A stretch of 64,000 nt of DNA from Podarcis bocagei. Taxonomy: Eukaryota. Below the pieces are notes generated by a model. That model was not told the origin of the DNA and made no database searches. It saw nothing but the letters and a program-made list of their open reading frames with translations. Location: assembly GCA_964188305.1 (NCBI GenBank), contig OZ076889.1; one strand, given 5' to 3'. Positions 53,200-64,000 of the stretch are shown here, in pieces; the first letter of the stretch is position 1; the number at the start of each line of letters is the position of its first letter. The position numbers were made by a program, and so were the translations under genes.

Positions 53200-53327
53200 T
53201 TACAAAAGGTAGGTGCAGATTACCATTTACTATGTAATTGCCACTTGCAAACACTACGGCATGCATGTGTTTGCAAGTGGCAATTACATAGTAAATGGTA
53301 ATCTGCATCTGCACCTACCTTTTGTAA
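53200..53327. repeat. Long inverted repeat (55-bp arms, 12-nt loop)
   Basis: 53200-53254 is the exact reverse complement of 53267-53327 apart from a 6-bp ATCTGC duplication in the right arm. Confidence 0.95.
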
Positions 53328-56300
53328 AGCAACAACAGAGCTGTCCTGTCCAAGCTTTCTAAAATTCCTTACAAAATAACCACATGAACCACAGCCATAC
53401 ATCTAGAGCTGTCAGAACTGGGCCATGGGTTGTGGTCTGGAGTTGGGAACATGGACCCAAGGGAAGTGAGGAGGCAGGGTCAGAGAATAAAGACTTAATA
53501 GCAATTAGTACCAGAGGTGAAATCAGAAGACAGGACTCAGGAACATAGAGTAATAAGGATCAGAGGACAAAAAAACCAACGCACAGCCAGTAGGAGTCAG
53601 GACCATAGTAAAATCAGGATTAGAGGGTAAACCAGAAGGCAGAACTGGGGTATCTCCACATGACCTGTTTATTGAACATTCATCCTTGTTTTACTCTAAG
53701 GTGCTACTGGGAGGATTTTTTTTATTTTATTTCATCCTGGTTTGTTTGCATTGATATATGGCTTCCTGTCAATCATTTCCAACACTTTCTAGTGTATTGC
53801 CTCATCACTTTTCGCACCACCAAAAGTCCTTTTTCTAAAGTGGGGTTGTTGTGCAAGAGCACCAGAATGCTTTGATCTACTTTAATTGTGCAAACCTAAA
53901 TTAGCTGGTATGCATTTGAATCTCTCCCGCAAAATACTAACAGTCTGGAATGGATCTTAGTAGAACAAGCAAAGTTCTACTGAGACAAGAAGCCCTCTTG
54001 TTTTCCTTCCTGCCCAGGCTTGAATAGTCATTCCGGAAGGTACCTGCCCAAGAAGTTGTAGTGATTTTGCTTGCCACATGGGGTAATTAATGGTCAACAG
54101 TTCCTGAAATATGTATTTTGATCTAATTGGATACAAATGTAATATGGTAAAGCAAGGGAAAATTCAGTAGGAACAGAATTAGGAAGTGAAGCATTATTAT
54201 AAGAGCTGAAAGGTTGATCAGAAAACTAGGATCTAGTCCAAGTTATAATTTGGCAGCCAAAATTAGTTGCTAGCTCTCTCCTACTTGGCTGTTTGGCACC
54301 TATACTGCATTTTTCTGTGTTCTTATAGAAAAGGGGAGAAATGTTTTAAGTTAACCGTGTTGTCCCACATGCGTTTGATTTAAACTAGAGTTACAGAAAG
54401 GCTACTACAAATATTGTTGTGGAATTATGGTATAAAGAAAAAGAACAGATTATGTTGCAATTGAAACTGTCCCCTCTCCATTTGCAGCTCAGGCCCAGAA
54501 GCCTTGAATTGTTTTCAGAGAGAGCAAGTGAAACTGACAGGAAGTTGTTGGGTTTTTTGAGTGATCATGTTGAGTGAAATAGCAATGGCAGGATGGTTAA
54601 GGAAAAGAGGTGAAAGGAAGCAGAAATGTAGGTAGGTAGGTAAATGAGAGGTTTGAAGTTGCTCTGGCTGCATTAATCTGACATCTCCTGAGTAACACAA
54701 GGAGAACAGTATTGCTTTTTGAAAATGGAATTTTTATGCTGTGTCCTTTCTTCCCAGCTTTCTGCATAAGAATAGGATTAATGACATGACTGTTTCTTGA
54801 CAAAAAGAAAGAACTGTCCCAGTTAAAGAGTATGTTAGCATTCTAACACAGAGAATCAATTTAGGTCAGGTCCTAGAAAATATTGGAGCATTCCTATCTC
54901 TCCTTGTAATAAATGTGAAATGAGGATGCTAAGCACTAGACAGAGTCAGGTTCCAATATTCCAGACCAGGGTTTGGATAGTAAGTAGAGTGGAGCTGCTT
55001 GGTAAAAGTGCAATTTGCCTGAAGAAAAATCCATTAAAAATAGGATTTCACCCTCTCTCTAGGCAGTCAAACTGAGAGGAGGAGCCAATCTCATTCAGTC
55101 CAGGTACATTCTGCCTTTGGCAGAATCAGTAGGCTATAGCTCCTTCTGTAAATGTGCCGGCCCATGTTCCCTCCACCTTCCATAGATATTGCCAGCATGT
55201 ACAGTACTAATCAGGCCATTAAAATATGCTTACATTATCCAGTTTATTACAGAGATTTGTTTTTGCTTTGCACAAGTACACACAATGCCTTTGCTGGTTG
55301 CTGGCTGGTCTTTATATGGGCTGATCTTGTCTTCCAAAGATTCATAATACACACATCCTTTGAAGATGTGCTTAAACAGTAGAGTGAAGGAATTCCCTAT
55401 GGTACTCCCTAAACTCCAAGATACGTTACAGTATTTTGCACCCAGAAATATAAAGACTAGTATATTGTGATGTGCTGCATTCTTGCACTAGTCACTGAGG
55501 GATAGTCCATTGGCAACTCAAGTGCATCAGATAATGTGGATAAAGCTTCTAAAGAAGAGGCTCAGTGTACTAGAACGAAGCTGCCAGCCGAGACTTCACT
55601 TGAAACAATTGCCCTCCTCCTCTCTCCTCAAAACCTCAATAATATGTATTTTACTACTTGTTTTAGCTTACAAACTAATGTCTTAACATCTGTGAAATAT
55701 AAAGCATTTCATTCATATATCAGTTTGTGACAGATGCAAGGCATTCACTGTTTCTTAAAATCAGTGCAGACTTAGCATACAGAGGTGCTAATTAGGAATA
55801 TAAATAGACAGACAGTTGAGATTGCCCAAAATACTTGATTTTTCTTTTCCCCCCTTCAAAATCATGCTGTCTACTTCTGTGCATATTGACCTAAGATATC
55901 TTATCTGCAATTGACCCCAGTGAATTATAATGAATGGAAATGGGAACAGACTACAATAAATAATTAGTAATCTCTCATTTAAGACTGTACAGCTAGTGTC
56001 CCCACCTTGTAGGGGAGCTGTGCAAGAGAGATCAAAATGAGTTAAAAAGTATAAAATAGCAGAGAGATCAGAAGGGTGCAGACCTGTCCCAAATTTCATC
56101 CCTTAAGTTATGTATTTACTGAAAAGAAACATGGAAAAGCCCGGTATATTGAAATAATTCAAAAGCTTAGGAAAAAAGCATTTCGAGAGGCTTACGGTTT
56201 TTAAAGGTTGGGTTTTTTTAAAGCAATTTAGGCCTCAGGATTGCAACACTGTCACACATGTTTGCCTTTAAACACTTGGATAGTCTTTGATGGCTTCAGC

Positions 56301-57018
56301 AGGATTGCTAATAGGATCAAAGTGAATCACTTCCCTTAAGTGTTTGCAGGATGTGGACCCTGGTTGGCAGGATAAAGGCCATTTTATAGATTTATCATTC
56401 TTGCAATCACTGACTGTGACTTTAGAGTCATAAAAGAATAAAATAATGACTGCTTTGTCCAATAACATGTTGTATTTGGTAAGGTTTTATCTTCATTTCA
56501 TCCCTATAGAGAACTTCAGCTCATCACTGCCTTTTGACAGGAAAAGGGAGGAATGCTTATGTTTCTAGGAGTCTACAAGACCTGCACACACCACTTTTTG
56601 TTAGCCCTTTTTATTATACATGCACACAACAGATAAAATACTAAGTATTTCACATAGCTTAATAAAACGCCAGACTTTCCACACATGCCAAGAACAATTT
56701 ACTGGATGTGATTCTTGCAACGTACAGTCATGCCTATAGCATTTCTTAGAAAAGTGGTGCCTCTCAGAATGGAGACAACATCAATTTGTCAAGAGGGGTA
56801 CCTTTATACAGTTGCAGCTTGTGTGCAAGTGTGCACTGCTGGGTTGTTTTTCCTCTGCTTAGCCTCACAACTATTACTGCTGAGGGTTCTTAAGGTTCAA
56901 AGTTACGGAGCTGCTTATACCTGGGAAGTTACTTTATTGGTGCAGGGCACCCAAAAAGGCAGCTTGTCTTCTACAGAAAGTTGGTGTGGGTTCCTGCACT
57001 TTTTGTGATAGAAATAAG

Positions 57019-57162
57019 CCGTGCTTTTTTTTCTTCTAAAAAAATGTTTAGGGGTACCCTCATTTTCCTACTCATATTGAAATACTGCCCCTCAATGAGG
57101 CCAAACTTAGATTCACAAAATGTTTAGGGGTATGCGAACCCCTGCAACCCCCAGAAGAACTG
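57019..57162 (-). mobile_element. hAT-like MITE, inverted relative to the 21931 copy
   Basis: Body is the reverse complement of 21931-22077. Degenerate 8-bp TSD GAAATAAG / GGTATAAG. Confidence 0.85.
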
Positions 57163-57399
57163 GGTATAAGCTTGAACTTTCTGTTTACAAGGGAGACAAT
57201 ATCGGGGTACTTCTGTCCCTGCTAATTGCAGAGTTACCTTTCCAAATTTTGTTAGCTTGAGCGGCTAGCTTGCCATTTTTCTGCTCATTTCTCAAAGTCT
57301 CTGCAAGTTAAATTTCTGCTTGGGGAGCAGAATGCATCTTGTCTGTAGTTGTACAGGAATGTATGTACACGTATGAACACTTAAGACACAGGGAGGCAG

Positions 57400-58200
57400 C
57401 CTTGATGTGACGACAGGGGTGTTGCACGCATTTAGCAGTGTCCCTGTTTCCTTCGCCGACTTGCCGGAGGATTTGCTTGCTTAAAAGAATGTACCTTCCG
57501 TGCTTCTCTTCAAAACACAGACGTCCGCTAAGGGGGCAGATTTTGGGGGAGACGCCGAGCGACGGGAGAGGAAGTGCTGCTTTGTGCCGGGGACGTTTAT
57601 AGCCCAGCGTGGGGATATGGGGAGTGAGCAGTTGCGTCTCGGGCATCCGACTCCTGGTGGTGTTAGAGGAGGGGCTGAGGGAGATCGCATCAAGCTGGGT
57701 GGTATTTGCGGCGCGAAGAAGGAAGCGTGGTAGCAAAAGAAAAAGTCCCGAGTCCCAGACCGCTCTTTGCCGCCCCGTTGCCATGAGAACAGCTTCCTCC
57801 CCCTGAACTCTCACCCCGCGCAGGCGCCTGGTCACATGATCGGAGCTAACATGGCGGCGGCCGCTGTTATGGGGAGCTGATTGCAGGTGCCGGGGCCGTT
57901 GCCTGCATCCGCCCTCATCCCCGGCCATGCAGAGCGAGAGAAGGGAACCCGGTGGTCGAGAAGAGGTGCGAGCGGGGCGCGTCTGAGAGGCCGGAGCGTC
58001 TCTGGGGCCGGAGGCGCTAGGGCAGGAGATGGGGCTTGTTTACATCCGAACGGGGGTTGGGCCATCATCCCTGAGGTGGGAGGGGTCTGCTTATATCCAT
58101 ATCCATAAACTTGGAGGGTGCATTTTTTTTCATTTAAGGACGAGGCATACCCTCCTCCCCTCTTCGGGGCCGTGCAGAACGGCTTTGTTTATCTAAGGAT
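57400..58200 (+). promoter_or_regulatory. Intragenic CpG island / candidate alternative promoter of RNF220
   Basis: Sharp local CpG and GC enrichment in non-repetitive DNA. Motifs: ETS GGAAGTG (57570), X-box-like GTTGCCATGAGAAC (57777-90), NRF1-like GCGCAGGCGC (57818-27), E-box GTCACATGAT (57831-40), YY1 AACATGGCGGC (57848-58). Confidence 0.8.
57851..57886 (+). other. 3' part of a putative alternative first exon with a 9-codon uORF (MAAAAVMGS*) and candidate donor CAG|GTGCCG
   Basis: ATG GCG GCG GCC GCT GTT ATG GGG AGC TGA TTG CAG|GT. Strong Kozak context (aacATGG). 36 nt from ATG to donor gives phase 0. The donor is only moderate in strength. Confidence 0.5.
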
Positions 58201-58724
58201 GACACCGGGTCCCTGGAGGGGAAAGGCCAGGAGGAGGTTGTTTATCTTTGGTATCTAGGAAATAAGGGCAATACAGGTATACTTGTTCATTTGTAGGGAG
58301 ATTAATTTATAGCTAAGCCAAAGCCAGACAGCATGCTGCAGGCTGCTTTTCCCCGTATAGTGGTCTTGTAGGCTGAGGAATTAGAGAGTGGGGAAGTGGT
58401 ATGGAACCTTGCAAGCAGCCTACATTTGGGGTGCTGTGGATATCTATATTTGGACAACAGCCAAGTCAGAGGACATGTGGGTGTATTTGTGTTTGAAGAA
58501 GTTATCTGAGGAAGATTAAATTGTGGTATTGGTTTGAATTGGTAAATATAGGCAACACCCAAAAGGGAAGTTTGTCAGGTAGATGAGAGTGCTGTGGTGG
58601 ATTTTTCTAATCTAATTACCCCATACACTCCCTAAGACTGCTTCTCAGAATGGGGTAAATAACTCTGTGGTTTTCTCACCAGCAAGTTTCTAATGCTTTT
58701 CTGCTCCTGATCTTCTCTTAACAG

Positions 58725-58767
58725 ACCTTCTTGCGAGTGAGGGCAAACAGACAGACCCGGCTGAATG
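58725..58767 (+). CDS. RNF220: RNF220 coding exon (probably exon 6), 43 nt, phase 0 to 1
   Basis: Acceptor tcttctcttaacAG, donor atg|GTGAGT. Encodes TFLRVRANRQTRLN(A), the RNF220 sequence that follows DRYQ. Confidence 0.93.
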
Positions 58768-60361
58768 GTGAGTGCAGCAGAAATCCTGTACCATTTTCCC
58801 CCTTGTTCCAAGATGAAGCCTTTCATTATCTGGGCCTAACAAGTATAATGCTTCCTTTCTTTACAAGATTCCTGAACTAAATATGCCCCAAAGGGTTAAA
58901 GCTTCAAATCAATCATTTGTATTCCTAACACATTTTGTTCCTCTCTGAACCCTGTCTTAAGTTGCTGCCCCTGGGTTACATTTATGTAGGCCTCCCAATG
59001 ACATTGCTTTTCAGGCAGCTTGCAAACATAAAATATAATGTGGTAAAACAACAATTGCAGGAAAATATTGTCAGCAAAGGTAAGAGAGAGAATCATTTAC
59101 TCAGCATTATTAAAAACACACTATCTGGAAGCAGTAGATTACAGTTCAAAACTTTAAATAATCACAGATCTGAAAATACTTGGGATATTTTTTTTAAAAA
59201 GTATTTTACTTGGCATTGAAATGGCCATAAAGAGGTGGCAAGCAGGCCTCTCTGAGGAGGGCATGCCACAATTGGGGTACCACCACTTCTTGTTAAATGG
59301 CCTGATTGATATTGCAAAGGAGAAAATATCAATGCCAAATAGAAGAATTATTTTACTGCTTGCCGTTTTAGAAATAATGATTTTCTTATGGGTGTAATGA
59401 GATTAGTCTTTTTCCCCAATGGCATTGTTTTCACTTGCTTACCTGGTATAATCTCCAGCTGTCAACAATACCTGCTTACAGCTAAAAAATACATACAACT
59501 ATAATTCCTGTTTGTTTCATTTATTACAACTTTTTTTTAATTCCACCTTTCTTTCAACACCCTCCCCCAATGCTGTTTTGAAACAATGTGCAGGATAAAG
59601 GCCTTTAATATCTCACCTGGTTATATGGACCTGATACCTCAGTAATTTGCAACTTGGAGCTGAACCTAACTATTACTACTGTGTATGTAATAGCAGATTC
59701 CATAATTTTTGGTCTTAGGATAGACCTGCCTTCAGAGAAGTAATTAATTCAAGATGTATTTTGTAATTTTTATCCAATAGTACGTAAAACACAGTGTATT
59801 GTCACTAAGCAGGAATAATTTTTCAAATATTTTATATAGTGACCCTTTATTTTAATTGATTCTACTTCCACTGCCAGTGAACAGAAAAACGGTGTACTTT
59901 TATCATCTTTAATTTGGTCAAGAGTAAAGATTATGAAAATTCATCCCTGAAAAATTAAGAGCAACTTTAAATTATCCTGACAGTGCAAGAGGAAATTTTC
60001 CTTGAATTCTTCAATGCCAACAAGATTCAGAGTTGTAACATACTATGTTGGATAAAAGGAGAGAGCTCTTGAATTAATGAGGACTGTGCACTATGTAGTG
60101 AATACACGTGATCTGACTTTCACATACACAACTACAATATATTTCTGCTACTGAATAATTCTGGGATATGATTAATGAATACAATTGCAGTATTCTATTG
60201 ATCATCTTGCAAACATTTCCTTAGGGCACTTGGAGCTATTACTGGAAATGATTATAGCAGAAATGCTAATATTTTTCAAAAGAACATGATCATTTTTGAA
60301 AGCAGACCTAGGTTTTGCCAAATATATTGTATGTTGGCTGTATTTGGACATAATGCTAAAC

Positions 60362-60495
60362 CAGCATTCCCCAACTGGTTGCCTCCAAATGCTTTCAGCT
60401 TCATTTCCCATCTTCCCCAACCACTGAGTACGCTGGCTGGGGTTAATGGGAGTTGGCATTCAAAGAATCTGGTGAGCATCAGATTGGAGAAGGCT
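60362..60495. mobile_element. Palindromic MITE (copy 4, decayed)
   Basis: cagcattccccaac...tgggagttg...ttggagaaggctg. Confidence 0.6.
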
Positions 60496-62024
60496 GTGCT
60501 AAACCATGAACTTGCATTATAAGAAGAAACCTCAGTAAACCTTGGGCCAGTATACCCAACCCTCCCCTCTGACTTGGCTATAACAGGAAGATCATCACCA
60601 GTTTAACATGTTGTGTAAACCATAAGCTGTCATTAGTTTTAACTGTGGTTGGCTTAAATAAATTATCATCACAGACGTATGATATGAAGTTGTCTTGTTT
60701 CCACTAACTATAGTTTGACCTAGTTCAGAGGATACAGCAATCTACAATGCATCTAAAACCAGCATTGAAAGTTTCCAAACTCTTTTGCATGGCTGTGGTA
60801 GTGATAGGGGCATGAGTCCTGGGCAACCTGTTGTTCGTTCTCACAATGCTAAAGTGTGGTTTAATATTGCATCTATACCATTTCATTGTCTCTGTGTTAG
60901 ATCATTGTGAGTGTTTGGTGTCCCAGCATAAACGCATCACTTGCTCTTCTTCCTCATAATCTTTACTAACTGCTGTGTTGTGTTAGTTGTATATCTTATG
61001 GTATTTGAAGAACAGCTAAAGTTATAGGATAGTTGGGAGTCTAAAAGCAGCAAGGAAAAGACTGGAGCTTGGGTCTTAAGTTCTACAGTGCTTTGATTTT
61101 GCTTTGATTTGTTAAGTCACATAACATACAAGATTCACATTCCTCTTTCAGTCCCCCACCCCACCTTTTCTATGTACATGAACACCATTACAGTTTCATT
61201 CTTTGGAATACTGTTATTAGTCAAGCAGAACTAGCCCAGCCATAAGCTTAAGTAACAAGAATGATTATCTGCCTAGGATTAGCAATATATGAGTAGTTCA
61301 GAATCCTTCAGTTGGAGATTGCTTTACACTTGCTAAACAACTTAATCAACTCTTGCATTTTTGTTCATCCTTCCTTCAGGTTATTTTTAGTCTAGATTGG
61401 CACTTTCTGTAGACATAGGCAGTTCATTTATCTTTTTACTTTGGGGTTCCACTGAACTCTTGGGATAGAAATCTGTCATTGAGACTGTATTTTGCCACAC
61501 CACTGTTTCCAAAGTCTCTCTCTCTTTGTAGTCTTTTACAAGGGCTTGGTCAAGATGTCTTTGAAGATCCAGGTGTGGTAAAATTCTCTTTGCAGATCCT
61601 CCCCTTCAACTAACTCATTTTTTTGGAAAATCAGTAACACTTCCAGCAACACAGAGGTTATTGTAAAGAGAATAGAAATCAACTGATCTCTGCTGAGTGG
61701 AGGAAGTGAGTAGATTAGCTTGCTGTTCCTCTCTCTATACTTTATGTGAATTGGCTAATGTCTGTACCTTGGAGAGTGCTGTTGCAAACTCATTCCCATG
61801 GAGACACTATAAAACAGAGTATTGGATTAGATGGGCTTTTGGCCTGATTCAGGAGGACTGTTATTATGGTTTCAGCTGATGGTCTAAAGCTGATGGAAGG
61901 CACTCTGTGCCACTGAAGTCACCTGAGCCTCAAGGGACAGCAAAGGATCCAGAAGCACCACCAAGCTATGTATCCGCTCCTTGAGGGGGAGTATAACCCC
62001 ATCAAGAGCAGGCAGCCTCCCATT

Positions 62025-62620
62025 CATCTAGTCTAAGGAACTACCCACTAACAATGCCTCTGCCTTATCTGGACTGAGGTTCAGTTTATTGGCTCTCACC
62101 CAGTCCATTACCGAGGCAAGACAACAGTCCAGCACATCCACTGCCACACCTGCAGATATAAAGGAGCAGCAGAGCTGTAAGTCATCATCAGATTGCTGAT
62201 AACGTACTTCAAAACTCTGGATAACCCCAGTCAGCAGTTTCATGCAGATGTTAAAAAGCATAGGGAATAAAATTGAACCCTGAGGAACCCCACACTGAAG
62301 GGTTGAAAGGACATTGTTAAAAGGACATTGTGTGAGGACATTGCTAAAGAGCACTTCCCAAACATCACCCTCTGGAAACAACAATCCAAGTAGGACCAGA
62401 ATCACTGCAAATTGGTGCCACCCACCCCTATCTCGGACAGCTGCTCTAAAAGGATACTATGTGTGATGGTATCGAAAGAAGCTGAGAGATCAAGGAGAAT
62501 TAACAGGAACACATTTCCCCTGCTTTTCTCCTGACAGAGATCATTCAGTGTGACCATAGCAGTTTCTGTGCCAAAACTGGACCTAACCATCATTTGAAAT
62601 GGATCTAGAAAATCAGGTGA
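62025..62620 (-). mobile_element. L2-clade LINE reverse-transcriptase remnant (frameshifted)
   Basis: Peptides TETAMV..LLILLDLSASFDTITHSILL and CGVPQGSILFPMLFNICMK..DDLQL..WVRANKLNLSPDKAE are RT motifs with a decayed YADD. Confidence 0.9.
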
Positions 62621-63124
62621 ATAGGAGGCTTTGCCTGTACTGGATATTGCATAAGATAAAACTTACTTTTATGTTTCTTTTGTTTGTTTCTACTCTCTAT
62701 TCCATGACTTGGTCAAAGGCCGTAGAAGGTCCTTTATGAGAAGCCATGTTAGAAGAGTGCTAGTTTTTTTGGTGGGTTTTTTAAAAAAGTGGGATACAAT
62801 TCTACGCAGATCACAATAGCTGACTCTCTTCATTTTCCTGTGCCTCAAATAATTTAGCAAATAGTGATAGCTGCAAAAGGTGCACCACCTCTTTATTAGC
62901 AGAATCAGAGGTGTTGGAAAGATATGTCTTTGAAAAATCTTTGACCTTGATATTGCTTTCCACTTAGAGTAGTTGTATGCAAAGATGGGTGTTTTAAATT
63001 ACACATATCAAGGGGTGCAACAGCAGATCTTTAAGGATGGGAAGCTTCACATGAGACAGTCCTTCATGTAGCTTGGTTTCAAGCCGTTTAGAGTTTTATA
63101 GGTAACAACCAGCACTTTGAATTA

Positions 63125-64000
63125 CCGTATTTTTCGCCCTATAGGACGTACTTTTTCCCCTCCAAAAATGAAGGGGAAATGTATGTGCATCCTATGGGGC
63201 GAATGCAGGCTTTCGCTGAAGCCTGGAGAGCAAGAGGGGTCGGTGCGCACCGATCCCTCTCGCTCTCCAGGCTTCAGGAAGCTATCCGCAAGCCGTGGGA
63301 GCCCGTGGGAGTTCCTCCCGGGCTCCCACCCTTGCGCAGCGCTGCCTGCACCCCGAAGCCCTGGTACGCTGAGCAGTCGCCCCGGGGCTTCGGGTAGCTC
63401 TGCGCAAGCCACGGGAGGGCTCCCCCGGCTTGCGCAGCGCTGCCTCTTACTTGGAAGCTACCCGAAGCGACTGCTCATCGCGCCGGGGCTTCGAGATAAG
63501 AGGCAGCGTTGCGCAAGCCGCTAAAGGTGCCCGCCGAGTCCCACGGTCACAGGCTTCATCCGCCTGTGATTTTCAGAAGGGTCCCCGCTACGCCGCAGGG
63601 GGAAAGACCCGTTTCTTGCGGAGCTTGTCCAGTTCAGAGGGAGTCCGCCATCACCGGAGGCGCCACCCCGGAAGTCTGCTCAGTGCTGCCTCTTATCCCG
63701 AAGCCCCGGCGAGCTGAGCAGTCGCGCCGGGGCTTCGGGTAGCTCTGCGCAAGCCGCGGGAGGGCTCCCCCGGCTTGCGCAGCGCTGCCTCTTATCCCGA
63801 AGCCCCCACGTGCTCAGCAGTCACGCCGGGGCTTCGGGTAGCTCTGTGGAAGCCGCGGGGGGGCTCCCCCGGCTTGCGCAGTGCTGCCTCTTATCCCGAA
63901 GTCCCGGCGCGCTCAGCAGTCGCGCCGGGGCTTCGGGTAGCTCTGCGCAAGCCGCGGGAGGGCTCCCCCGGCTTGCGCAGCGCTGCCTGTTATCCCGAAG
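63125..64000. mobile_element. Young non-autonomous pogo/mariner-like element with GC-rich internal repeats (runs off the window)
   Basis: TA|CCGTATTTTTCG terminus, subterminal inverted repeat ttcgccctatagga / tcctatggggcgaa, abundant intact CpG. Confidence 0.75.
63685..64000. repeat. 99-bp GC-rich tandem repeat, more than 3 copies
   Basis: Anchor t(c/g)ttatcccg at 63691, 63790, 63889 and 63988. Confidence 0.95.

Noticed and set aside
57308-57928. 206-aa antisense ORF over the CpG island
   Set aside because: GC-rich DNA is stop-poor, the peptide has no recognisable domain, and the YY1 orientation favours + strand transcription.
63685-64000. Hammerhead ribozyme or CRISPR-like array in the 99-bp repeat
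   Set aside because: The loop reads CTGAGCA rather than CTGANGA and no GAAA partner is present. Units are contiguous without unique spacers, and the DNA is eukaryotic.
58768-64000. Next RNF220 exon (expected RIGKMKRRK-like)
   Set aside because: No matching sequence was found by eye; it presumably lies beyond the window.

Overview
Vertebrate genomic DNA, most likely a lacertid lizard (it carries Sauria/Squam1-type and Squam3-type SINEs, CR1 LINEs and squamate MITEs). The whole window lies inside the E3 ubiquitin-ligase gene RNF220 on the + strand. Four small coding exons (15148-15277, 37772-37817, 51132-51227, 58725-58767; probably exons 3-6 by mammalian numbering) have canonical AG/GT boundaries and matching phases. 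They splice to a continuous 315-nt frame: (G)KKKATLFDSQAPICPICQVLLRPGELQEHMEQEMEKLTQLNISKNSILKDVMAPGTPKSILLSASIKREGDSPTASPHSSDDIHHSDRYQTFLRVRANRQTRLN(A). The introns hold many transposon remnants, about ten repeat-free blocks that look like conserved enhancers, and a 209-N assembly gap. The most notable items are: (1) an intragenic CpG-island promoter ~0.9 kb upstream of the last exon, whose putative first exon (ATG...TGA TTG CAG|GT) is in frame with that exon except for one UGA; (2) a near-perfect 55-bp-arm hairpin at 53200-53327; (3) a 256-bp tandem duplication that gives a MITE a second right end; (4) a CpG-rich 99-bp double-hairpin tandem array inside a pogo-like element at the right edge. 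Almost all ORFs in the supplied track are spurious or derived from transposons. TE family names and enhancer calls come from recognition only and were not database-checked.
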